Below are positions 48,594 to 57,943 of a DNA stretch of 64,000 nucleotides, one piece after another; position 1 is the first letter of the stretch; the number at the start of each line of letters is the position of its first letter. Origin of the DNA: Candidatus Latescibacterota bacterium (GTDB lineage Bacteria > Latescibacterota > UBA2968); assembly GCA_965207885.1 (NCBI GenBank), contig OZ242311.1:5504001-5568000 (forward strand), given 5' to 3'. A program made the position numbers and the translations under genes. The notes below the pieces were generated by a model, which was not told where the DNA came from, searched no databases, and saw only the letters and a program-made list of their open reading frames with translations.

Positions 48594-49877
48594 CTATCCG
48601 TCAACCGTTTTTCCAAAGGACTCCACAAAAAGGAGAAAATCCGTAATACCAACCGCGCCATCGCCATCGATATCGAATTTGGGATTGGTTGATCCAAATG
48701 CCTCCACAAAAAGGAGAAAATCCGTAATATTCACTTGTTTATCACCGTTAAAATCGGCCCTGGGGTTGGCAGAAGAGACCTTGACTATAATAGAAACGGA
48801 CAATGTCTGTGTTGCACTATTCGGATCATTACTCGAAATCGTGATATTGCCCGAAAACGTGCCCGCTGTCGAACCTGGAAACCTAATCGTAACCGTCTGT
48901 GAACCATTGGGCTCCACTGTGAACATAGAAGGTTCAAAAGTCAGGCCCGATACATCGCTCTCAATACCTGTAATTTCAAGAGGACCCGTACCCGTGTTCG
49001 CGACCGTAATAGTTTGTTCACGCGTTTGACCAACGTCAATCGTCCCGAAATTAACTGCCGTTTGCGGCACAGAGATCGCTGGCGCAGAGGGCGATTGAAC
49101 TATGATAGAAACGGACAATGTCTGTGTTGCACTATTCGGATCATTACTCGAAATCGTGATATTGCCCGAAAACGTGCCCGCTGTCGAACTCGGAAACGCG
49201 ATCGTCACCGTAGCTGAACTATCGGGAGCCAGTGTGAACATCGTAGTATCAAACGTCAAACCCGGCACATCGCTCTCAATACCCGTAATCTCCAACGGCG
49301 CAGTACCCGTATTCGTAATCGTAATCGTTTGTTGACCTGTTTGACCGGCGTCAATCGTCCCGAAATCAACTGCCGTTTGCGGCACTGCGATCGTCGGCGC
49401 AGGGGGCGGTATTTGCGCCAATAGTTCATTAACCCCGTCTTTCACTCTTGTAACAGAACTTGAACTCAAACCGCCTATGACGGGCAATGCAGTCCCATTG
49501 GGACGAACCACAACGAAATTCTCATACTGGGCCGGAGCAGCACCACCTGCATTTAGAAGCAAGGGAAAGGTAATGCCTCCGTTCCTGCGAAAGCCATCCA
49601 CCTGTGCCTGATTGCCATTCCAAGCATCGAGACCGAGCATCTCAACATTGGGATCTGCTTTATAATCTTGCCATAAACCTTCGAGTCGCGGACCCGCGGC
49701 TCTACAGGAAGGTCAGCTATACCCAAAGACCGCAAGTATGAGCACTTTGCCGCGATAGTCAGAGGCACTATATGTATTGCCGTCGAGACCCCGTAAAGAA
49801 AAATTAACCGTTTGTGCAGAAGCGGACCCGACGAGCAAAAGCAGAATCATCGGGATGGACAATAGATATTGGCGCAT
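48594..49877 (-). CDS. Predicted secreted selenoprotein: UxxC redoxin + two Ig-like (ASH/choice-of-anchor D-like) repeats + dockerin-like EF-hand pair (427 aa)
   Basis: MRQYLLSIPMILLLLVGSASAQTVNFSLRGLDGNTYSASDYRGKVLILAVFGYS-TGA-PSCRAAGPRLEGLWQDYK continues in frame into track ORF 48594..49640; GAGGA RBS. Confidence 0.85.
49678..49712 (-). promoter_or_regulatory. Bacterial SECIS-like hairpin
   Basis: After TGA 49713-49715: CCTTC/GAAGG lower stem, GAG/CTC, CGCG/CGCG, apical loop GGTC 18 nt from the UGA. Confidence 0.7.
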
Positions 49878-49923
49878 GGCATTTATCCTCGTATATTGAT
49901 GAAAATAATGACAACCAAAACCT

Positions 49924-49956
49924 CTGGATCGCGGCTCAACTTCATGCCGCGATGAC
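49924..49956. repeat. CTGGA-stem-TGAC REP copy
   Basis: CTGGATCGCGGCTCAACTTCATGCCGCGATGAC; shares upstream flank AATGACAACCAAAACC with the 24020 copy. Confidence 0.75.
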
Positions 49957-50032
49957 GGCTCTTCTGTCCTAAAGGTATCAACGCTTCAATTTAACAGAAG
50001 TTTCTCCACAGGTCAACCACAAGGAGCGAGCG

Positions 50033-50872
50033 ATGGACATCCTCACCGAAGAAAAAAAAGCGTTTTTTGACACCTTTGGATTTCTCGCATTTCCGGGGTT
50101 ATTGGCAGATTGCATCGACGAAATTATCGATGCATTTGAAACGATATGGGCACAACGGGGTGGTGGACACAACGGACAACCGCACGACGGCATCCGTCGA
50201 TCGTGCATTGTGCCATTTATCGACCAGCACGAACGGCTGTGCGCCCTCTTAGATGACCCGCGAATAAAAGAAATCCTGGTCGGATTACTCGGTGAAAATT
50301 TCAACTACATGGGATCAGACGGAAATTACTATGCCGGAGACACGCAATGGCATTCGGATGGCTGGGGCAAGGAAATTCGATTTGTAAAAATTGCCCTGTA
50401 TCTGGATCACTTAACGCGCGACACGGGTTGTTTGCGCGTCATCCCCGGGAGTCACCACCTCAAAGATCAATATGCAAATAATGTCGAAAACACCGTCCGA
50501 AATTCCCAGGATGAATGGGACATGCACGGACCAGACATACCTGCATTAGCCCTGGAAACCAACCCGGGCGACGTCGTCTTATTCAACCACAACCTCAAAC
50601 ACGCGGCCTTTGGAGGCAGTCCACGGCGGCGGATGTTCACCATCAACTGCAGCGAACGCTTCCCTGAAGATGAAGAACATATTGCACTGTTAAAAACACA
50701 GATCGCCGTACGCGCGCGGTTCTGGATTGATCGCGCTTACGGAAAAATCATGGTCGCAACCGCTGGTCCCGAACGCAAAAAACATCTATCGCAAGTCATG
50801 GCCCACGATGGTCACCTCGCCGAACTCGCCGCACGCGCGCGGAAAGAAATGCCCGAGCCATCGCGCGGATAA
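50033..50872 (+). CDS. PhyH-family dioxygenase
   Basis: FFDTFGFL, WHSD, GCLRVIPGSH, PGDVVLF..NLKH. Confidence 0.88.
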   Translation: MDILTEEKKAFFDTFGFLAFPGLLADCIDEIIDAFETIWAQRGGGHNGQPHDGIRRSCIVPFIDQHERLCALLDDPRIKEILVGLLGENFNYMGSDGNYYAGDTQWHSDGWGKEIRFVKIALYLDHLTRDTGCLRVIPGSHHLKDQYANNVENTVRNSQDEWDMHGPDIPALALETNPGDVVLFNHNLKHAAFGGSPRRRMFTINCSERFPEDEEHIALLKTQIAVRARFWIDRAYGKIMVATAGPERKKHLSQVMAHDGHLAELAARARKEMPEPSRG

Positions 50873-50893
50873 CGCGGACACGATCAAAACCAG

Positions 50894-50928
50894 AAAGCCC
50901 TGTGTCTTGGATCACAGGGCTTTTTTTT
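50894..50928 (+). terminator. Intrinsic terminator
   Basis: AAAGCCCTGTG-TCTTGGAT-CACAGGGCTTT-TTTTT. Confidence 0.85.
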
Positions 50929-51024
50929 GTTTAGGAATCCGTGTTCAGGAGTCACATATATATAGCGGGCGGAAAACAAGCGACCAGCGGCCAGCACAGC
51001 AATCGTCTTTTTGGAGTTACAATG

Positions 51025-52222
51025 CATAGTACACGACAAAAAATAAAAGACCTGTGAAAAAAGCTAAAAAGAGTTAGGTTTGAATGTCCCAAGACAAACC
51101 TTTCTCATCTTAACAAGGCACAGGTCTATGTCTCCTGAAACTATTGAACTTCAAACGATTATGCAAGGATATTTTCACTGGCATAAAGCCCGAATAACGT
51201 TTACCGCTGCGTTCATATTGTCGCTGATAAAATTGCGTAGCGTCAATTTTATGAAACTGGCAAACGCACTCAATGGAACCGTCAAGCAGAAATCTAATTA
51301 TCGTCGTATCCAACGCTTCTTTGCCCACTTTGCCTTACCCTATGCGTGTGTGAGACAATTGATCTTGCACTTATTACCTATAAAGTCGGATTTTATAGTC
51401 TCAATAGATCGCACCAATTGGAAGTTGGGAAAATTCAATATCAACATCCTAACCGCAGGCATTATCTATGAAGGGGTCGCCTTTCCTATCTGTTGGCACT
51501 TGTTAAAAAAACGGGGCAATTCCAATAGTGATGAGCGTATCCATTTGATGCAAGAAATGCTCAACTGCATCTGCAAATCGCATATCCGCGTTGTCGTCGC
51601 AGACAGAGAATTTATTGGAAGAGAATGGTTTAGGTGGTTAGACACACAAAATATACCCTTTGTTATTCGCATCAAGGAAAACGCTCTTGTCTCATCAGGC
51701 GGTAGAGAGATCCCCATAAGAAAACGGTTTGAAAATCTTAATATCCATCAGCAGGTCAACTTGTGCAAACGCCACCGCGTTTATGACCTGCCTGTATATC
51801 TGTCTGCACTAAGATTGAAGGACCAATACCTCATTCTTGCCAGCAACCAAAAAGGTCAAGCCGCATTGGATACCTATAAAAAACGATGGGGCATTGAAGT
51901 CCTTTTTGCCAATCTTAAAAGTCGAGGATTTAATCTGGAAGAGACCCATCTTATACATCAAGACCGCATTGAGAAACTCATCGCGCTTTTGGCCATTGCC
52001 TGCATCTGGGCGCATATCATCGGCGAATGGATAGCAAAAACAAATCCTTTGACGATCAAAAATCACGGGCGGATGGAGAAAAGTCTCTTCCGATATGGGT
52101 TGGACTATTTGCAGTATGTCCTGCTCAATATAAACCAACAAACCCAACAGTTCCTCATATGCATTCGTTTACTGAGTAATCCGCCACTGTTTAAAACAAT
52201 TTAAGTTTTGTCGTGTACCATG
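51025..52222 (+). mobile_element. IS4-family insertion sequence, 1198 bp, 17-bp terminal IRs, 9-bp TSD
   Basis: IRL CATAGTACACGACAAAA, IRR reverse complement CATGGTACACGACAAAA; GTTACAATG at 51016-51024 and 52223-52231. Confidence 0.92.
51128..52204 (+). CDS. IS4-family DDE transposase
   Basis: SIDRTNW, ADREFIG, YKKRWGIEVLFANLK (YREK signature); start uncertain. Confidence 0.9.
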   Translation: MSPETIELQTIMQGYFHWHKARITFTAAFILSLIKLRSVNFMKLANALNGTVKQKSNYRRIQRFFAHFALPYACVRQLILHLLPIKSDFIVSIDRTNWKLGKFNINILTAGIIYEGVAFPICWHLLKKRGNSNSDERIHLMQEMLNCICKSHIRVVVADREFIGREWFRWLDTQNIPFVIRIKENALVSSGGREIPIRKRFENLNIHQQVNLCKRHRVYDLPVYLSALRLKDQYLILASNQKGQAALDTYKKRWGIEVLFANLKSRGFNLEETHLIHQDRIEKLIALLAIACIWAHIIGEWIAKTNPLTIKNHGRMEKSLFRYGLDYLQYVLLNINQQTQQFLICIRLLSNPPLFKTI

Positions 52223-52228
52223 GTTACA

Positions 52229-53458
52229 ATGAGCAAACGCGATGCAGAGCAAGTACAAAAAGTATTGTCTGGCGACCAGACAGCTTACGAACCGCTGGTT
52301 GAGGCGTATCAAGGGCGCATCTATGCCTTTGTGGCTGGTCGAATCCGCAACTTTTCCGCAACAGAAGACATCGTACAAAATGCGTTTGTGGAGGCATACA
52401 TGCACCTCAAGTCTCTAAAATCGCCCGAAAAATTCTCCGGTTGGCTACGGGGAATTGCACTCAATCTATCAAACAAATGGATTCAACAAAAGCGTCCCGT
52501 CGTCTCAATTGACGATACATCACAAGATGTAACGCCTGAAATATCAGAACTTCCATTGCCAGACTTGCCCGACGAAGTACTGGAAAAAACCGAAACAAAA
52601 GAAGCCGTTACAGCCGCCGTGGATGCACTGCCAGACATTTATCGAGAATCGGTATTGCTCCACTACATGGAAGGCATGACCTATCCCCAAATCGCCGCCT
52701 TTCTCGACATCCCCGAAAGCACAGTAACGGGTCGCCTGCAGGTTGCGCGCAATCGCTTGCGCGACGAATTGCTCCCACTGGTAGAAGACACACTCCGCGA
52801 AAAACGCCCAACCTCTCAACTGACGCGCAAAGTAATGGCCGCATTACCCCCGCTATTGTACGCAGTGCCAACACAGGCAAGCCTACTCGCCAAACTGAAA
52901 GGAACAGGCATGATAAAAATAACGGGTATCATCGGCGCAGGTATCGCGGGAACGGGATTGTATTTTGGTGGGATTTCGGCAGTGTTGAATTTAGAACAAG
53001 AAAACAATGAGTCATCCCAGATGCCCCAAATACAGCTCGAATTGGAAAACCCCGCTCCAAATGAGCAGCCCATTCCTGAGAAAACTGATGCGACAGACGG
53101 AACAGAATCTTCGCGACAAGAAGTCAAATCCGATACCAATACAAGTGGCGACACACAAGCAGAAAAACTGGACTTCAGAATGGAAACTTCGCCACAAGAT
53201 TCACTGGTAAAAATAGTGTACTGGATCCCTAAAGCGGTCTATTCGGATTCCGTCTTTATAGAACTCGATTGCTTCAACATCCAGGGGGCAAGAGCCGCTA
53301 AGCCGGTCAATAAAATGCACGCACCCGGTTCTTATACGACATTCTTATCTAAACAGGGACTTCCCGACGGAAGATACTATGTGAGATTAAGAGCAAATCG
53401 ATCAGATAAAAACGCAATGGTACGCGCATTGAATCTAATTTGGACAGAAAGAAAGTGA
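52229..53458 (+). CDS. ECF sigma factor with C-terminal TM segment and Ig/CTD-like extension
   Basis: EDIVQNAFVEAY, FSGWLRGIA, TYPQIA...STVTGRL; hydrophobic GIIGAGIAGTGLYFGGISAV; FNIQG...GLPDGRYYVRL; ATG lies within the TSD. Confidence 0.8.
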   Translation: MSKRDAEQVQKVLSGDQTAYEPLVEAYQGRIYAFVAGRIRNFSATEDIVQNAFVEAYMHLKSLKSPEKFSGWLRGIALNLSNKWIQQKRPVVSIDDTSQDVTPEISELPLPDLPDEVLEKTETKEAVTAAVDALPDIYRESVLLHYMEGMTYPQIAAFLDIPESTVTGRLQVARNRLRDELLPLVEDTLREKRPTSQLTRKVMAALPPLLYAVPTQASLLAKLKGTGMIKITGIIGAGIAGTGLYFGGISAVLNLEQENNESSQMPQIQLELENPAPNEQPIPEKTDATDGTESSRQEVKSDTNTSGDTQAEKLDFRMETSPQDSLVKIVYWIPKAVYSDSVFIELDCFNIQGARAAKPVNKMHAPGSYTTFLSKQGLPDGRYYVRLRANRSDKNAMVRALNLIWTERK

Positions 53459-53466
53459 GGCTCATC

Positions 53467-54750
53467 ATGTATTTCAACAAGTGCAAACTATTAGTGAGTC
53501 TGGCGATGTGTCTGAATGCATATTCCGTGTGTTTTGCACAACAGCCAACCCATTCGAAAGAAGAAATGAATCGCTTTAATCAATTTAGGAGCGGATACCC
53601 ACCCGAGACCACAGAGCAGTACTGGGAACGTATTTTGGGACTGGAGCAACTGCTTGCCGATTATCCCAACACCTTTTTGAAAGGCGACATCTCCATCACC
53701 CTGTTGAATTATTACCAGCATGTCACCGATGATCCACACCTGTTGATAGAGCTATCTGACAAAATGCTCGCATTGCGAATGTATTCCAACGGTGCTTATG
53801 AAACGGCTGCTCGGATACTCGTAGATAAGAAAGTTCGGTCTGATAAAACGCTTCTATATGCACAAAACGCATTAAAAGAAGCGCTGCAGAAACAAAAAAA
53901 ATGGGGAGGTAATGGTCGAGGAGAACTAATTTGCCGGGATCTATTGGCGCGTGCTCATCAACTCCTTGGACAACACGACCGTGCTGTCGCAGAAATAAAG
54001 ACCGCGATTCGCGGTTGGCAAACTCGAGAAGATTTAGGCGACCTGGAAATGGCATCTCGGCAGGCATCAGTCGATAAAGCAAAGACCCACTTGCTTCGGA
54101 TCTATATCGACCAAAAAGCATGGACAGAGGCTTATGAACTCGCCTCAGAACTATTGCTCTCATCGATCATCCGCACGGATATAGCAGAATTATGGAGCCA
54201 GGCTTATACTGGCAAATTCGGTTCAGGTGCAGGCATGAGCAAAGCATACGTTGCCTTAAAAGCCAGGTGGGATAAAAAAATTATCCAACGCGTCGAAAAA
54301 AAACGCATCTCACGCCCTGCACCCACCTTTGAAGTCCAAAAGTTAGACGGTGAGAAAATCACTTCAGAGGACTTAAAAGGCAAAGCTATGGTACTAACAT
54401 TTTGGGCGGGATGGTGCAGCCCGTGCATTGAAGAACTGCCCTATCTCCAAAACCTCAAAACGCAATTTCGCAAACAAAATGTTGAATTTTTAGCGATAAA
54501 TATCGACCAGGACAGCTCAATGCGCCGGGATATGGTCGCCAGCTTTCGGTACCAGAGCGCACCGCTTTTAACCTTTGCATTGGGCGATCTGCAAATGCGA
54601 AAAGCGTTTGGCTCCGACGAGATTCCCTATACCTGCATCATCGATCAGAACGGACAGATTCGATATGAACGCAAGGGATTAGGTGCGGACTTCAGCGTGG
54701 CAATGGCGCATCAATTGGAGTGGGTCATCGGAATGAATGGAACACAATGA
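53467..54750 (+). CDS. TlpA/ResA-like thiol-disulfide oxidoreductase with helical-repeat N-terminus
   Basis: Signal peptide; APTFEV..LDG...LKGK...FWAGWCSPC...IPYTCIIDQNG. Confidence 0.85.
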   Translation: MYFNKCKLLVSLAMCLNAYSVCFAQQPTHSKEEMNRFNQFRSGYPPETTEQYWERILGLEQLLADYPNTFLKGDISITLLNYYQHVTDDPHLLIELSDKMLALRMYSNGAYETAARILVDKKVRSDKTLLYAQNALKEALQKQKKWGGNGRGELICRDLLARAHQLLGQHDRAVAEIKTAIRGWQTREDLGDLEMASRQASVDKAKTHLLRIYIDQKAWTEAYELASELLLSSIIRTDIAELWSQAYTGKFGSGAGMSKAYVALKARWDKKIIQRVEKKRISRPAPTFEVQKLDGEKITSEDLKGKAMVLTFWAGWCSPCIEELPYLQNLKTQFRKQNVEFLAINIDQDSSMRRDMVASFRYQSAPLLTFALGDLQMRKAFGSDEIPYTCIIDQNGQIRYERKGLGADFSVAMAHQLEWVIGMNGTQ

Positions 54751-54807
54751 TCAGGAAGAAAAAAAGGAGTTCGGGAGCGAAAGCAGATTGTGATTAAAAA
54801 TAGAAAT

Positions 54808-55206
54808 TCACCAAATAGTTTCAACATCTGATTGCTGGATTCGATAATCTGTCGTGACAAGTGGTAGGCGGAGGTACTGTGCTGTTGCCGAAATCATACG
54901 ATCTGGCATATCGGGTATTTGATCGCGTGGGATATTTTCCAACTGTTCTGCAATCGCAAGATCAAAAGGAGCAACTTTGAATCCCGAATCGGATCGGTGC
55001 AATGTAGCTTTCAAATCAATCAAATTCTGTCGAGGCAATCGATTTTTCTCAGTTAAGTATATAACCTCGACAATTGTTACTGATGACACATAGACTGGGT
55101 GACCCGATGTAATTGCCTCTCGAATAGCCTGACGCGCAACAGATGAGAGGTCTGATGACCGTGCTAAGAACCAGATAAATGAATGCGTATCTACAACCAG
55201 AGACAT
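54808..55206 (-). CDS. PIN-domain (VapC-like) toxin
   Basis: VVDTHSFIW, VSSVTIVE, DMPDRMISATA, LVTTD. Confidence 0.88.
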   Translation of the reverse strand: MSLVVDTHSFIWFLARSSDLSSVARQAIREAITSGHPVYVSSVTIVEVIYLTEKNRLPRQNLIDLKATLHRSDSGFKVAPFDLAIAEQLENIPRDQIPDMPDRMISATAQYLRLPLVTTDYRIQQSDVETIW

Positions 55207-55211
55207 TGCGC

Positions 55212-55478
55212 CTAATCCTCTTGATTAAATTTATGCCACATCTCCTTTCGGGCTTCGGCTATGTCTCGAGCGGTTATTGGATCCATCTGATCCCACAAGC
55301 CTTCGGGATTAAAGAGCTTGCCTTGATCAAAGGCAGACGAATCTGGTGCGTTTGCCATAGGAACGAGTTGAAAGGCCGAACCATCTTCCTGCGTAATAAC
55401 CACTTTCTCTCCATTGGCCGCTTCTTTGACCAATGCTGCAAGACAGTTTTCCGCCTCTGTAAGATTAATTTTGTGCAT
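55212..55478 (-). CDS. Putative Phd/YefM-like antitoxin (start at ATG 55478)
   Basis: INLTEAENCLAALVKEAANGEKVVIT; directly upstream of the PIN toxin. Confidence 0.7.
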   Translation of the reverse strand: MHKINLTEAENCLAALVKEAANGEKVVITQEDGSAFQLVPMANAPDSSAFDQGKLFNPEGLWDQMDPITARDIAEARKEMWHKFNQED

Positions 55479-55642
55479 ATTCTCATCCCTTCGGTATTCT
55501 CTAACAGCTGAGCGTTGTTCCCGGATGGTAATTATCCTCAAAAACAAAAAGTGTAGCAATGACGCGATTTTGTCAACCGCATTTCAAAACATCTCCGACT
55601 CACTCCAAAGAACAAATGAATCAGTTTTGCTTTTAAAATTTC

Positions 55643-56572
55643 CTAATTATTGAGGATTTCATCAATCTCTTCCATCTCCTCATCGCTGAGGTCCCAACCA
55701 ACCGTCGCGGCATTTGCCGTGACCTGCTCGGGCGTGGTAGCTCCCGCAATCACAGAACACACACAGGGATTGGCGAGAAGCCATGCAAAAGCCAGATCGA
55801 GAATCGTGTGATCGCGTTCCCGTGCAAACTCTTCCAACGCCTCCAGAATATCAAAATTTTTATCCGTAAACATACCGCGGTCGCCCTCTGCCAACCGCGT
55901 GCCCTCGGGCGCTGGTTCATCTCGGCGATATTTACCCGTAAGAAAACCACTGGCAAGGGGAAAATAGGGCAAAATGCCAATACCGTAAGACTTGCAAAAC
56001 GGCACAAGCTCTACCTCGACCTCGCGGTCGAGCATACTATAGCGGGGTTGCACAGTCGAAAACGCAACCAGATTTTTCGCACGCGAAGTCCATATCGCCT
56101 CACAGACCTCCCACGCCATAAAATTGGAACAGCCGATATAGCGCACCTTGCCCTGAGCAACGAGATAATCAAGCGCGTGCAAAGTCTCCTCAATAGGCGT
56201 ATTGGAATCCGTCTGGTGAATCTGATAAAGATCGATATAATCCGTATTGAGACGCTTGAGACTATCCTCGACCTCTTTGAGAATATGGTACCGCGAATTG
56301 CCGCGCATATTCGGTCCATCCCCCATACTCATCGACACCTTGGTCGCCAGAATAAACGCATCGCGCTTACCTCTAATCGCCCTGCCAATATAGGACTCCG
56401 ACAGCGAATCCCCGTACATATTAGCCGTATCGATCAACTTAATACCTTCATCCAGCGCCTGGTCCATAACACGCGCCGTACTCCTCGCGTCAAGACGCCA
56501 GCCAAAATTATTGGTCCCCAATCCAATAGCCGAAACTTGAAGCCTTGAATTGCCGAGTTGCCGATATTCCAT
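55643..56572 (-). CDS. Aldo/keto reductase
   Basis: IGLGT, IDTANMYG, SLKRLNTDYIDLYQIH, GKVRYIGCSN. Confidence 0.92.
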   Translation of the reverse strand: MEYRQLGNSRLQVSAIGLGTNNFGWRLDARSTARVMDQALDEGIKLIDTANMYGDSLSESYIGRAIRGKRDAFILATKVSMSMGDGPNMRGNSRYHILKEVEDSLKRLNTDYIDLYQIHQTDSNTPIEETLHALDYLVAQGKVRYIGCSNFMAWEVCEAIWTSRAKNLVAFSTVQPRYSMLDREVEVELVPFCKSYGIGILPYFPLASGFLTGKYRRDEPAPEGTRLAEGDRGMFTDKNFDILEALEEFARERDHTILDLAFAWLLANPCVCSVIAGATTPEQVTANAATVGWDLSDEEMEEIDEILNN

Positions 56573-56589
56573 CTTGAAACTCCTTCATA

Positions 56590-56659
56590 TTGTAAAAACA
56601 CATTGCAAATTTACAAGACCGTTGTAAAAATGCATTGTAAACTTACAAAACTGTTGTAA
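56590..56659. repeat. 32-bp tandem repeat containing TTACAA-N5-TTGTAA palindromes
   Basis: TTGTAAAAACACATTGCAAATTTACAAGACCG / TTGTAAAAATGCATTGTAAACTTACAAAACTG / TTGTAA. Confidence 0.65.
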
Positions 56660-56715
56660 GATTGCAATCTCACAGATACAAATAACCACCCGTAGAGACA
56701 AACTCGTATGTAAAA

Positions 56716-57534
56716 TTAAAAGGAATAAGATGCAGAGAGGGACAAAGGCGTGTGAGAGCGGTTGAATTTGAGGCGATCCAATGGGATAGATTGCCAGGTC
56801 TCATAGCTGGCAAGTTTGCCAATAATACTACCGATACCGGCACCGACCCCAGAAATAACAACCGTCTTGGGACTCAGAACAATATTGGCAAGAGCCGACC
56901 AGCCGGTCTCGTTACTCCTGTTCAAATCGGACGAAGAAAAAATAACACCAATACAGAAACCCGTAACCAGACCAGCTTTAAATCCCTTCCTGATATGGGA
57001 TATCTTACTCAGATTAATCGACAGTTGATCCAGTTCCGAAACCGTCAGATTTTTGTACTCATCGCGCTTATGCGTATCCGCCAACACGATCAAAGAATCG
57101 CTCACACTCGCAATAACACCCTCAAACCGGCTATCTGCCGTCTCCAAAATGCCAATAACTGCCCGGTGTCCGGGTACGACGCTGGACCGGGTCAAAAATC
57201 GCCGCGCCTGGGGATTGAACTGCACGGCGATTCTTTTTGTCTTCTTTACGCGCAAATGATCAATAGACCGATAAGGGATGCGGCGTCTATAGGGCAATTG
57301 ATTTGTGACAATTGTAACCACATAGCCCTGTGTGCGATTGATATAGCCTCGAAAACGCCTTTTTTGCGCGCCGGAAAAATACGCACCCTCGACATACGTC
57401 CCGATCTCGAGCTTTTTTACTCTTTCACTTACATCACTCGCATAACTCTGCGTACAAAACTGTCCCAGCAGCAATATGAGAAGTATCAAACAAGTCTTAA
57501 AAGCGCGAAAAAAAAAGAAAGACAAGATAGGCAA
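56716..57534 (-). CDS. Hypothetical exported/membrane protein
   Basis: Signal-like N-terminus, Gly-rich hydrophobic segments, terminal Phe; start uncertain. Confidence 0.55.
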   Translation of the reverse strand: MPILSFFFFRAFKTCLILLILLLGQFCTQSYASDVSERVKKLEIGTYVEGAYFSGAQKRRFRGYINRTQGYVVTIVTNQLPYRRRIPYRSIDHLRVKKTKRIAVQFNPQARRFLTRSSVVPGHRAVIGILETADSRFEGVIASVSDSLIVLADTHKRDEYKNLTVSELDQLSINLSKISHIRKGFKAGLVTGFCIGVIFSSSDLNRSNETGWSALANIVLSPKTVVISGVGAGIGSIIGKLASYETWQSIPLDRLKFNRSHTPLSLSASYSF

Positions 57535-57551
57535 TCCGTGAATAGAAGATA

Positions 57552-57914
57552 TTACGTTTTGTCTTTGGATGGAATATAGCGGTTGGCAAGCTCGACGTAA
57601 TCCTCGCGAATCGGTGAGAAAATATCGAGAGCCACACAGGGGCCATCTACTGCCTCGGCCCGGTGTGGCACATGGGCGGGAATCAGAAAAGCTTCGCCGG
57701 GTTCAACAGTGCGGGTCTCGCCATCAATCGTGAACTTCATCTTCCCCTCAAGCATCATCCCACCCTGCTCGTGGGGATGGCTGTGCATCGGCACGACAGC
57801 ACCCGCGTCAAACTCAACGCGAGAGAGCATCAAATTCTCCCCATAAGGCGTCCGGATGCGTACGCCGGGTGCGACTTCGTTAGCGGGATACTTGTTCCAA
57901 TCAATAAATGACAT
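57552..57914 (-). CDS. Cupin-domain protein
   Basis: PMHSHPHEQ and IPAHVPH cupin motifs. Confidence 0.88.
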   Translation of the reverse strand: MSFIDWNKYPANEVAPGVRIRTPYGENLMLSRVEFDAGAVVPMHSHPHEQGGMMLEGKMKFTIDGETRTVEPGEAFLIPAHVPHRAEAVDGPCVALDIFSPIREDYVELANRYIPSKDKT

Positions 57915-57943
57915 CTTGTTAAGCCTTAGAAAAGTTTGACTTT

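Noticed and set aside
49713-49715. Redoxin pseudogene or genetic code with UGA=Trp/Gly
   Set aside because: TGA falls at the catalytic position with a SECIS-like hairpin, and other genes in the window end in TGA, so Sec is the better explanation pending a sel gene check
54808-55478. TA pair as marker of a larger mobile island
   Set aside because: No integrase, att sites or flanking repeats visible; treated as a solitary chromosomal TA module
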